DNA of 64,000 nucleotides from Vitrella brassicaformis CCMP3155 (lineage: Eukaryota; Protista; Chromerida), in assembly GCA_001179505.1 (NCBI GenBank), contig CDMY01000748.1, positions 124,001-188,000 on the forward strand, read 5' to 3'. The translations under genes were made by a program, and so were the position numbers. The notes below the pieces were generated by a model. It worked only from the letters and a program-made list of their open reading frames with translations. It made no database searches and was not told the origin of the DNA. This document shows, piece after piece, positions 25,029-36,364 of this stretch. Position 1 is the first letter of the stretch; the number at the start of each line of letters is the position of its first letter.

Positions 25029-26600
25029 AGACAGGAAACCTTCAAGCCTCTCTGGGCTCACCTTTGGGGGGGGAGAGAGAGTCCCTCCCATGCTAAGCTC
25101 GCATTCCCCCGATCGGCTTTTTGCAGCGTTCGTTCGTTCGTTCGTTCGTTGCAGCGCAAGGTGGGTCAGAGAGCCTCGGACGACAAGCAAATATGTAGAT
25201 CTGAGCCAGCAGCTTCACCAGTGTGTGTGCCTGTGTGGTGTTCGGGCAGGCAGCACCGTTCATCTGACCGTCATCCATCCACAGCACCAGCCAAGCCCCG
25301 CGGACCGGCCAGCGGCGCACAGGTACGCAACCAAGAGCAAGCACTGACACAGCCAAGCAGCAGAAACAGACAGACTCACTCACCAAGTCATTTGCTTCTT
25401 ACACTCCCGGTGTGTGTGTGTGTGCAGGCGCAATGAGTGACAGACTGGTGGACGTCGGTGTGCTGGAGTTCAGCCGCAACGTGCTGGAGGACCCTGCCCA
25501 GCCGGGCGAGTACTTCTACGAGCTCAACGCGTTGGTTCCCGACCGCCCCAAGAAGCGGATCTATCTGCCGCTGGACATCTGCCGCACGAGCGTCAACTTC
25601 TACACCAAAGACAGGAATGGCCGCGAATCGCTGCTGCCGAAGGGAGTGCTGCCGAATGAGACGTAGGTGCTGCACAGACACACAGACGGTGGGTTCTCAT
25701 TGGGGCTGTGTGTGTGTCAGTGTGGGTTTGACCAATGGCAATGGCGCTACACTGCGGCGTCAGGAGGTCTCATCGCCAACCACAGCAAGTGGCCAGGGCG
25801 GCGGCGGTGATGTGTTTATTCGGCTGCCGTCGGGTGTGTTTTATCAAGTGGTGCGGCAGGGCCGTGGGCCCAAACCGACCCGTGACCAGACCATCAAGGT
25901 CGACTACATCGGGTGGGCCGACGACTTCGACGGACAAGACAAAATATATGATCGCCGTGGGGGGGTGGATCGTGTGTCTCAGTGCGCTGAGTGGTTCCAG
26001 GAGGTCTTCACTGACATGCGTGTGGGTGAGGTGCGGCGGGTCATAGCGCCGGCCGGATTGAGTGCCACTGGGCAGGAGGAATACATCGAGTACAGGCTTT
26101 TGGCCATCCTGTGAGCACTGCCTCCTGGTGTGTCCGCTGTGTGGGCGTTGGTGGCGGTGGCGCCATCCAGCAGCGATGTCTGATTTTTGTAGCCAGCTGT
26201 TCGGTCGTGTACACCACTCTATGGCCCTGCTGCTGCATCGGTGTGTCTACCTTGGCTGCTGCACACATCCACCCACACACATCGATGTGTGTGTGAGTGC
26301 ATTGTCTGTGGTGTCGTCGCTGTATCTCTCGGCGACCGATGGACGTGATTGTGATGTGATGGCTTCATCCACCCAGGAGCCAGACCTGCCATAGCCAATG
26401 TGACGTTCGTTTGGTTTTGTTTGTCCATGAGGCCTTTGGACCCCAAGACGCCTTTTTGCCTGTCTGACGGTCTGCCTGCCTATATGGCCTCTGTGGTATC
26501 CGTGGGTGTCCTTCGCGTGTGTTTTCTGACTGGACAAAAGAAACCGATTCAATGTGATCTCTGGACCGTCTGTGTCCTCCACGTCACGTCGCATCGCACT
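24907..26600. repeat. Inverted segmental duplication, arm A (partner 61865-63637)
   Basis: Continuous reverse-complement similarity covering upstream non-coding DNA, both exons, the intron and the 3' flank. Confidence 0.9.
25433..26114 (+). CDS. Family gene 2: VG-type domain + FKBP-like domain
   Basis: Exon 1 (25433-25662) encodes MSDRLVDVGVLEFSRNVLED..., followed by a phase-2 GT-AG intron. Exon 2 (25721-26114) encodes LPSGVFYQVVRQGRGPKPTRDQTIKVDYIG...EW...MRVGEVRRVIAP...YIEYRLLAIL*, an FKBP-fold signature. Confidence 0.8.
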
Positions 26601-26714
26601 TGTCGTCTGCTCATCGCATCAGCTAGGCCAAAGTGAAGCAGCCATGCACAGTAAATTAACGAGAGAGAGAGAGATCATCCCTGCTGAAAAAACCGCTCGG
26701 GATTGAACACAGAG

Positions 26715-26808
26715 TCATTTGAAATCTGGAGGCAGAGGCATCTCCAGATAAGCTACATCGCCATCTTCCTGCAAGATGAACCGTCTGACCTTTCCCTCGC
26801 GCATCGAC
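26715..26808 (-). pseudogene. Duplicated C-terminal fragment of the FKBP-like exon
   Basis: VSMREGKVRRFILQEDGDVAYLE is a copy of LSMREGEVRRFICQEDGDVYYDE (about 26933-26987), and the DNA aligns. Confidence 0.6.
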
Positions 26809-26835
26809 ACCGTCGACGCGGCTGCCACCCTGTAT

Positions 26836-28450
26836 CTATGCATATAATACCTGTCTATAATCCCGTCGGCGCCGTGGTGGCTCAAACACAAAGTCATCAG
26901 CAACCTGGAGCAGAGAAACCTCGTCATAATATACATCGCCATCTTCCTGACAGATGAATCGCCTGACTTCCCCTTCACGCATCGACAGCAACGCATCACG
27001 CAAGTACCCGAGCCCAGGTTGCGACACACGAGCCATGTGCTTACGGCACTCCGTGTCCTTGACGTTGCCCTCGAACCCGTCACGCCAAGTAACCCTGTCG
27101 GTGATGGCGATCTGCTCAAGTGTCGGCGTTCTGCCGAAGCCCTCCCGCACCACTTTGTATCGCACTTCACATCCCGGTGTGTGGTAGGAGGTCAAGAAGC
27201 CATCGTCACTGCAAAGGAAACAATAATGACGGATGGCCACAGCAGCAGCCCTCGAGCCTTACGTTGCTGTTGGTGTGTCTGTCTTGACGCCGTACATGGC
27301 CGCATTGATATCAAAGGCGGCCTGCTCCGCATTCTTGCCAATCTTGAGCGGCGCATCGATGTCTTCGGTTGACGCACCAAGCCGCTTTCTGCGGTAGTGA
27401 TCGACCAGGCGGCGGATGTGGTCGACGGGCACATCCTCAATGGGAGCAGGCCACCTGATTGACGACAAATACTTTCATGCCCTTCTGTTGCTCACATGTG
27501 TGTGGTTGGCTTTACTTACATATCGAATCGGTTATGCAGCCCAATGTCGCCCATTTCGTCCAAAGTGGACTGCACCGTCGAGATGCGAGTGCCGCACACG
27601 TCGACTGACCTAATGGCATCACCGCCACTCAGAGGCGCCAGGAAGGGCTTCACGGCCTGACAGCACAGAAATCCTATCGACTAACATCCGCGCCACACCG
27701 ACCTTCTCTAAGCCATCCGCTCTCTGTGCTCGTCACCTGTATCTCTTTGTCGAGATTGTCCCGTCGCCTGTTGGCGGCACGCAGCTGGCCCTCCAGCCGG
27801 GCCTTCTCTGCAGCGAATGCCTCCTTGATGGCCTCGATCGTCGCCTCGAGAGGCTTGACGACGTCGGCCGTGTCGGCGGGATCGTCAGTGGCCGTCAGTC
27901 GGGTCTCAGCGCCGCCGCCACTGGGAGTGGCGTCTGCTGCAGCCTTGTTGAGGGGCGACAGCATGAGCTTGACCCAAAAGTCGTGTCGCTTGGTGTCGAA
28001 GAAACTGCCGACCGGCGCCATCTTTCCTGCGCTGCGCATCGTCGCGGCATTGAGGATGGCCTTGTGGATCGTCATGAAGGCGTCAGCGTCCATGTCGATA
28101 AAAATCCGCTGTTTGTCGTCCTTGATCAGACGGCCACCCCAGTAGCCAGAGAACAGCGCCGCCAGCAGGGTGCCCTCGACCCCCTCCCCTTCAGTCATGT
28201 CCTGCCGCTTGACGCTCATCAGATGGCCGCCCACATTGAGCATCAGCACGTCATCGGGCGACACTGCTGATGGGTCCGATGCGCCGTGCTTCTGCCTCTC
28301 CCGCTGGGCGTCTTCATCGACTTGACGGATCTGGGCGTGCAGTTCTTCGATGGCGTCACCGATGGCCGTCAATGGGCCCTGCAGCTGAAGCTGCATCGCA
28401 TGAGCGCTGAACTGACGTGCTGCCAGCTCAGCTTGCAGCGTCGCCGACAC
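26836..28450 (-). CDS. Family gene 3: coiled coil + BTB/POZ (KCTD-type) + second BTB-like segment + FKBP-like domain
   Basis: Exons: ~28450-27737 (VLMLNVGGHLMSVKRQDMT...TLLAALFSG.W...FIDMD), 27656-27520, 27454-27263 and 27208-26836 (TPGCEVRYKVVREGFGRTP...LLSMREGEVRRF). All splice in frame. The start codon is uncertain. Confidence 0.78.
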
Positions 28451-28623
28451 CTGGTCAACACAGCACAGGGAGGTATGAGCAGATCTGGTTCCTGTTTTGA
28501 TTGATGCATCACCCTTGCCCCACCTGCTTCCTCACGCGATGTGCACTTCGAAGGAACGAAGGTTTTGGCGGGAGATCGTCCTGTAGCTCGCGACTTCTTC
28601 GCCGTGACAAAACGACAAACGAC

Positions 28624-28694
28624 CATCACAACAGGTCAGTTGACAGCACAGAGAACACAAACAAAACTGAGATCTGATGAATCCTCTCATATCT
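28624..28694 (+). promoter_or_regulatory. Shared intergenic element, copy 2
   Basis: CATCACAACAGGTCAGTTGACAGCAC...CTGAGATCTGATGAATCC, between divergent family gene 3 and INTS9. Confidence 0.45.
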
Positions 28695-28876
28695 CACTGT
28701 CATATGATGTCGTTTATCCTTGAGCAGCGGTCCCGATGGGAGAGATCTGATGATGACACGGGAAGCAAAGCAGCTGTGCCCGAATCCGCTTAGACCAGTG
28801 AGCAGAATGAACACATAAACAGACGAACACACCACGGCTGATGCTCTCGCTTGGTTGTGTGCACACAGGCAAGGAG

Positions 28877-29204
28877 ATGAAGGTGACCCTTCTCGGGCCT
28901 GCCGACGGCTCCAGTGAGTGCCTGCTGCTCGACTTCAATGGTCACCCACACATGCACACACGCATAGGAACACACACTCATGGATGTGCTCTCATCCTCT
29001 GAGTGTCTGCGTGTGTGATGGGATGCAATGTGCAGGTCTGACGGTGTTGTGCGATGTGCCGCTGTATTTGGCGGCCACGCTGCCGCACTTCAGGCCGCCA
29101 CACTGCACTCAAGGCGCCAGCAAACAGCTCCTGCACAAAGACATCAGGTAAGAAAACGTCTGTCTGCCTGTCTGTTGGGGTGTCTGTCTGGTGGATGTGA
29201 TTGC

Positions 29205-29239
<35 letters not shown>

Positions 29240-30533
29240 TGATGCCTGATTGCACGTCTGCAGGGTGTCTATCGTGCCTCCGTTGGCTCAGCTGCCCACG
29301 TCCATTGATGTGATCATCGTCACCACAGCCATGGGCATCAGCGGCATACCATGGCTGGCAGAGGTCAGTCAGTCAGTCTACCATAGAGCACACAGCACAC
29401 CTATTTCCTCATACGTGTGCATGTGTGTGTGCAGGTGGTAGATCTGTCTGGCACAGTTGTGCTGGTGCCCCACGTGGCCCAGCAGCTGGCCAAGCTGGGA
29501 CTCGTGTAAGCAGCCCTTGACACACAAACACACTCCTCCCTCCACCGCTACAACGGTGAGTGGATGTGCCCGCCGATTCATTCCACTTCTTGATTGCAGG
29601 GGTCTGGTGAGCGAGGCCCATTTCCGCAACTCGGTCATGGCTGTGGGCGATGACGACCAAGCCGATGATGACGCTGACATGATGCAAAACGGAGATGGTA
29701 CGGGCACGTGCGCGTACAAACGTGCGGATGGATGTCGTTGTGTTGTGTGAGTGCAGATGGCTGTGGTGGTGTTGCGTCAGTGCATGTGGCGTACGCCAAC
29801 GAGTGGAGTGACGTCATGACGCCCTTCAGACTCACCATGGACTCCGCCTCGCACATAGAGGGGTAAAACACTGGGTATCCCCCGCTCCCCTTTTACACAC
29901 AACACACGTATTTATGTCTCTCCCTGTCTCTCTCAGTGACTCGGGGATGAATTCCCATGGCGAGCACTACAAAGAACTGGACACGGCACTCGAACACACT
30001 GTCTGGTACGCACACACCTCAATCCATCCGTGTGCGTGTGTGTGTGTGTGTGTGCATCGGCCCTGCCTGTCTGTCACTCAGGAGCTACCCCCGTCTGGTG
30101 GAGGGATGGTTCCGCGACCCAAACAGGCTCCACGGCAAGACATTGGCGCCCGGACTCAGAGGCACGGACACACACACGCGCGCACACACATCCGTCGATC
30201 GAGTGATGCGTGTGTGTATGGTGTGGCAGGTGTGTCGTACCACGAGAAGTGCGAGGTGGCCAAGGGGGGCCTGAAGATCACACTCACGCCATACAGCTCT
30301 GGGCTCTGTCTGGGGGGCACCCACTGGGTCATCGAAGGTAGGAGGTGGATCAGGGGCGTGGATGGGTGCTCACGCCCCGTCACACACGAACACACATATG
30401 GGTCTATGTGTGTGAACGTGGCTGCAGAGGCGTCCTCCCCGCTGCAAGAGCGAGTATGGGTGGTCGGCCCGGCGGCATATCGATGTGTGTACCCCGCACC
30501 ACCACCAGCAGCAGCCACACAAGAGCAGCAGGT

Positions 30534-30570
<37 letters not shown>

Positions 30571-33058
30571 CACACACTTGACCCCCATCTATGTGCCTGT
30601 CTGCAGCCTTCGGCAGCAGCAGCAGCAGCGACGTCAGGCGATGTGCAGATGAAGGATGAGAACGGCCACAAGGACCAGGGGGACGACAACGAAGAGGGGA
30701 AGGACACCAGTGACGGCACTGACGGCCCCAAAGAGGAGAAGCCGCCCGAGCCTGTCGTCTTCACCAAGGAGAGACCTTTCAGAGGCTTCGAGGTGAGCTC
30801 GTGACGCAAGCAACATCATTGCTAAAGCATCTACACACACACTTTTGTATCTGAGCATCCATGTCGGTGTGTGTGTGTGTGGATGGATGTGATGTGTGTA
30901 GGCCCCTCCTTATCCCGGCAAGCAGGACGACGAGTCGACTTGGCACGGCGAGGCCGTCGTCATGTACGGCTGTGTCGCAGAACACACACCCGACCAACAA
31001 GGTGAGCGCACGACACATGGTGGTGAATGTTGTATGTGTGTGTTTGTTGGTGGCTGGTGCAGGTGGGGATGGCGTGAGTGTGGCCATGTGGGAGGTGTTG
31101 GAGAGTGTGTTGGCGACGGCCAAGAAGGGCGGCAACGTCCTCATCCCCATTGACTTCAACTGGATGGTATGCCGCCACAGATCCCACACACACCTGGAGG
31201 GATATGCGTGTGTGTGGTGGGTGTCAGCTTGCCTTTGAGTTGCTTGAGCTGCTGCTCGTGGAGCTCTCACACGACCCCGCCATCTGGTGCGTTTGTCTGT
31301 CGGGGAACACACACATGCACACCCGTGCGGACTCGTTCGTTTCTGTGTGTGTGTGTGTGGTGCAGGGCGTCGGGCAGCTTCCCAGTGTTTTGTGTGGGCG
31401 AAGGAGTCAAGGAGGCCCTCCACGCAGCTGACCTCAGCTCAGAATGGCTCAACGAGTCAGCCAGCCACGCCATCCACACAAAGCAAAGACCCACATATAT
31501 GGCTGGCTGCATCTCTGTGTGTCTGCGTGGCTGTCTGTGTGCAGGCAGCGTGTCCACCGCGCCCTGTCATCCGATGCCGTCAACCCGTTTGCCTTCGACC
31601 AGCTGCAGCAGCAGGGCAAACTCATCGTCGCCGACTCCCTGCAGACACTGGGGTACCCCTACTCACACACACACACGTCCCTACACCCACGCACATGTCC
31701 CATGATGTGTTGGTGCAGCGATCGGTATCGGGAGCCGTGTCTGATGGTGACGTTTCACTCGTCTTTGCGGCTCGGCCCGGCGACCGAGCTGATGCCCAGG
31801 TGGGCGGGCGACCCCAAGAACCTGCTCGTGTGCGTCGACCCCATCAACACGCCCACACACCTCAAGACACCACCAACCACAGCGCAGGTACACACGCGAC
31901 TCCCACCACACACACACACACACACACACAGGGACAGGTGCATGGGTGTCTAAGTGGTATGTGGATCTGCGTGTGTGTGTGTGTGTGTAGGGTGCCGGTG
32001 GTGGTGGTGGTGGTGGGTCGGCCGGCCTGCGCGTCCCTGCATGGCTGGCGCCGTATGAGGACATCGATGGTGGCCTGCAGATGCAAGTCCTTGACGCCCG
32101 CCGAGTCTTTGACTTCCGTGTGACGACAAACGAGGCGTCACAAGTGCTCAACATAGCCAGGTGAGTGAGGAAAGACAGTGAGTGTGGTCACTGTGAAGCT
32201 GTCTGTCGTGATTGGAGCCTGTCGTATGAGTGAGTGTGTTGCAGGGCGCCGTATGTGATCGCCAGCCACAAGCTGAGAGGCTCCTCGAACACCACAGGAA
32301 TGTCGGCCTTCCTCTCGCCAGGAGAGCCGCTCCTTATCCCACTTGGTAGGCAGGCTTGTGCACACGCATCATTGCCCCCCCCACCCCCCACCACAGTGAG
32401 TGATCTCTGTCATGTTATGCGTCTCGTGTGCGTTGTTTGTGTCGCGTGCAGCGCCGCCCGCTGATCCGTTCCGTCCTGCCATGCTGACGACCACTTTGGC
32501 TGCCGACTTGGCGCCCATCCCCATCGACACGCTAGCCGGCCTGGCGGCCTGCCACGTACACGGCGAGATATCCCACACACAGCAGGACCTCTTCGTTCGC
32601 AAAAGGGACGCTCGGCCACCGCCACAGCAGCAGCAGCAGCAGCAAGGGGCGAAGGGGGATGGCATGGCCGCAATGCCATTGCTGTTCGGCAGGGTGGATG
32701 TGACGAAGCTGCTGAATGGGCTGGAGAAGTTGGGCGTGCGGACGGCTGATGTGACCGTCACCGAGGAGACGACAGACCAACACCCATCAGGCATGTCGAC
32801 TCCCACGAACATACAGAGAGACACTCTGTGTGTGAGTGTGTGTGTGTGTGTGTCATGGGTGCAGGTGAGCACCACAGTGGGTCGGCCTCGAAGGTGCTGC
32901 GTGTGGAGATTCCTGCGTTGGAGGCGTTGGTGTGTGTGGGCGAGGGGGGCGGCTGCACTTGTGTGGAGGCCATGGACGAGGAGGGGCGGGACAAGATCAA
33001 GAAAGCCCTCATGCTGCTGCTGGCACACGTGCCGCAGGGGGCTACTGGTGGCACATGA
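28877..33058 (+). CDS. INTS9: Integrator complex subunit 9 (inactive metallo-beta-lactamase/beta-CASP)
   Basis: Exons include MKVTLLG...CLLLDFN|GLTVLCDVPL, IDVIIVT, LTPYSSGLCLGGTHWVIE, KKGGNVLIP, SEWL and EPCLMVTFHSSLRLGPATELMPRWAGDPKNLLV. These match INTS9 motifs (SSG..LG...W.I; PC.....H.SLR.G). Confidence 0.85.
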
Positions 33059-33515
33059 CTGACAGACACGTGTGCTGATGAATGGATGGATGTGCACATG
33101 GATGGTGTTGCATTCACTCAGCGGGATTTTGTCAGTCAGTGTTTCCACTGTGTGTGTGAGAATGACTGACGGCAGGACTGTGCTCGAGACAGACGTGACG
33201 TGATGCTCTCTCTCTCGCAGAACTTTAGTCCCCCAAGCTGCGCTCGAGCATTTACATACTTCGCGGCCGTTGCGGATCGCTGCGCTCTCCTCTCTACGTT
33301 AGCCGTGCGACGACAGCCCTCCTGCTATCTGCCTGTCTCTCTGCCCTCTGTCTTAACGGCCTCCCCCTTCTCTGTCCATCTCCAGCATCCCTCGACTCAA
33401 CTCCCATCGCTTGCCTCTCTCAGCTCGCGGCTGCCCAACTTATTCTCTTCAGCAAGCCCCTTGTCGTTGTTCGTCTACTCGTCTGCGTATCCACCCGTCG
33501 TCCGCTCCACGACCG

Positions 33516-34130
33516 ATGAAGGCCCTCTCCCTTTCGGTGCTGGTGTGCCTGCTCGGCATCGCACTGGTCTGCGCTGATGATATGAAGCGGGCTGCTCATG
33601 CGGATGCGCCGTCTGCGGTGGCCCGGCGTCTGAGAGGCGGGGCACCTGATGACGCCGACGAAGTGACATCCGATGGTACGCAAACACGATGGCCGTCTGC
33701 AGCTGGTGCACACGCTGCACAAGTACGCCTTTCCTGTGTGCCTGTGTGCTTGTAGGTGGTGTGCCTGATGCTCCTGTGACGGGCCCAGCGGCAGACTGTG
33801 AGGACGCGGCTGATGATCCGACGGCTGCACCTAAAGGTGGGTGTGCAGACATCCCCACCCCGCCCACACGTCGTCATACTGTTCTGGCCATGTGTGTGTG
33901 CGTGTGTGTGTGCAGATGAAGATGAAGATGAGCCCAGTGGCCTGGAGGCTGTGGAGTCATCGAGTCCCACAGAGCGGAGGCTGGGCCCGTACTTCTGGGA
34001 CAAGCTCAAGTATTACAAGAACAAGATCAAGAACAAGATCAAGCAGAAGTGGTATGGCTACAAGAACAAGAAGTATGGCGGCGGTGGCTATGGCGGAGGC
34101 TACGGTGGTGGGTACGGCGGTTACTATTAG
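33516..34130 (+). CDS. Small secreted protein: signal peptide, acidic pro-region, basic aromatic segment, Gly/Tyr tail
   Basis: Three exons: MKALSLSVLVCLLGIALVCA ... DEDEDE ... TERRLGPYFWDKLKYYKNKIKNKIKQKWYGYKNKKYGGGGYGGGYGGGYGGYY*. Confidence 0.75.
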
Positions 34131-35050
34131 ACACACCACAACACACAGTGTGTGTGTGTGGGTGGGTGCGTTGACACCATATAGTATAGCGTGTACATAT
34201 CTCTGTTGATGGCTGTGTAAAAGGCTCGTGCGTCTTTGTTTAAGCACGAGCACCGTACCGTACGTGTGGAGCTGTGGATGACATCAAGTGGGTGACTGGA
34301 GGGGTGGGTGGCTGGTGTATGTTTTCATCAAGTGACTGGATGGATGGTCCATCCCATCCAGGTGTCGATTGTGCTCACACACACATGTACATATCTGGTC
34401 GTTCTTTGTTGCGAGACAACTTGTTCAGTACCGTACAAAAAGAGAGAGGGTGTGGCGTGGCTGATTCTGGCAGTATGTTCTGTCCGTCTAAGTGCCTGTC
34501 TGTCTGCTGCTGCTCTGCCAGCTGTGATCGATATCGATGCTGCCCGTGCAGAAGTCTTTTGACCGCGATTCTCTGCTCCGATTATGCATACATCGCTTCG
34601 TGTGTCTTGCTGTGTGTGTGGGTGCATGTTGATACAGACCTTAGACGATACGCGACAAGGCGGTACAATACTGTAGATACTGAGGACGCGTTTGCATTCA
34701 GATGTGATGAGATGAGCTACACAGAATGATCGTCTTTCTGCATCATGGCTAGTCATTCAGTCATCATAACTCGTCATTCAGTCATCAGTCAGTCGTTGCG
34801 GTACGTTAGTGGTACGTTCATCCCTTCCCTCGTCCCCCGCCTGATTGTCAGTCATTCAGTCAGTCAGTCAGTCACCAAGTCAAATACTCTGCAGAGAGGT
34901 CAGTTGGTCAGGAATGATATGCCACCTAGCAGGAAAGGCCAGAGAACCCTACACACCCCACGCCCCACACACATGCACCCATCATGCAGTGGACGCGCAG
35001 CATGGCTCTTTGCCACGGCCAAGCCCAATAAGACCGTCAGACAGGCTCGC

Positions 35051-35712
35051 TCACAGAATGGCCACAAGCGTGTACTCACCGAACAGGGTCGGCTCTCCAG
35101 TGACACTCAATCCGGCCGGCACGATGACCCGCCGCACCTCACCCACACGCATGTCAGTGAACACCTCCTGGGCCCACTCAAACGAGACACAAGATCCACC
35201 TCCCCACGGACCTCGTCTAACTTGTCTTGTCCGTCGAAGTCGTCAGCCCACACGACCTGGTCGGTCTTGACGTGCTGGTCAGGTGTGGGTTTGGGTCCAC
35301 TGCCCGGCCGCACCACTCGATGATAGGCGCCAGAGGGGTACAGCCGAAAGGACACCTCACGGCTGGTGTCGCCCTCGCTGTCCGCCATCTTGTCTGTTGC
35401 TGCTGTTGCCGCGTCGGGCAGTGCGACCGTGGTTGGTGAGGGTGGCTGCTGATCGTCCTCTTCCCTCTCTTGGCCTTTCTCGGTGCCGACAGCCGACCTG
35501 ACCACCAGCAGCAAGTCGGTGTTGGAAGCACACCTGCCTGTGTGTCTGTGTGTGTGGGTCACTCACTTGTCGGGTTCGATGCAGAGCTTGATGTGCGAGT
35601 GGAATGACGGCTTGATGGCCAACCGCTGGCCATTGAACTCCAACTTATAGTCACCCTCCCCGCCCTCATAGACAAAGTGACCATCCAACAGCCCGACCGG
35701 CCCACCGCTCAT
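35051..35712 (-). pseudogene. Family gene 4: VG-type domain + FKBP-like exon with frameshift
   Basis: Exon 1 (35712-35567) encodes MSGGPVGLLDGHFVYEGGEGDY..., followed by a phase-2 intron. Exon 2 from 35533 encodes YPSGAYHRVVRPGSGPKPT...WADDFDGQDK. The frame shifts near 35185 (about 4 nt shorter than gene 2), and the other frame gives EWAQEVFTDMRVGEVRRVIVP...EYTLVAIL*. Confidence 0.72.
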
Positions 35713-36138
35713 GGCGGCAACACACCGCACTGCAGACACACAGACACACAGGCAGACAGTCAGAGTGATGTTCACGTCACCGTGAGATCTGGGTGTGTGT
35801 CATTTGTTGGCTGACGTCCTCTGAGTCGGCTGATGAGTTGGAAGGGCCGCGACGTCGGCGGCATCTGTGGCTGCAGTGGTGTGAGTGGCGGCCGTACGAA
35901 CCCATCGACAGCCGCCCAGGGCACCAACAGGACGGCAAACAGCCACACGACCATCGCGACAGTCACGACACACACGAGATTTGTCGCTTGTTCTCTGTTG
36001 TTGATGAATCAAATGCCTTCAGATCACAGGCGGGAGCTGTCCAGGCTGCTCTGACGGTGAGGTCTTCGCTTAGTTGGAGGGAAAGGCGGGCGATCGTCCT
36101 GTGGCTCGCAGTCGCCCTCCCGTGGGAAGCAAAAACGA

Positions 36139-36225
36139 CGAAGGAGCATCACGAAGGTCAGCTGACAGCACGAGCAACCAAAAACAGACCGAGATCTGAT
36201 GATCCTGTTCATATGTGTGTGTTCT
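36139..36225 (+). promoter_or_regulatory. Shared intergenic element, copy 3
   Basis: CGAAGGAGCATCACGAAGGTCAGCTGACAGCAC...CAGACCGAGATCTGATGA, between divergent family genes 4 and 5. Contains the palindrome GTCAGCTGAC. Confidence 0.5.
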
Positions 36226-36364
36226 CTCTTCAGTGGTTGATGCCACAGGCTTAGCCTTTCCGGCCCATCTTTCGCAAAAGGTAGGAGCGTGTATCGATGC
36301 TGAACATACAGACCCACAAACTGATGCTGTTTGCGTCTGCTGATCAGGCATTAATCGATCTCAG

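Noticed and set aside
26687-26762. tRNA/SINE look-alike on the minus strand (A-box-like TAGCTTATCTGG, B-box-like GTTCAATCCC, then TTTTTT)
   Set aside because: The acceptor and T stems do not pair into a cloverleaf, and the A-box-like part is explained as the duplicated FKBP coding fragment (DGDVAYLE). A tRNAscan-SE run would settle it.
28670-28682. CTGATGA / CTGA as C/D-box snoRNA signals in the shared element
   Set aside because: Box order and terminal stem are not consistent across the three copies, so it is kept only as an unexplained regulatory-like element.
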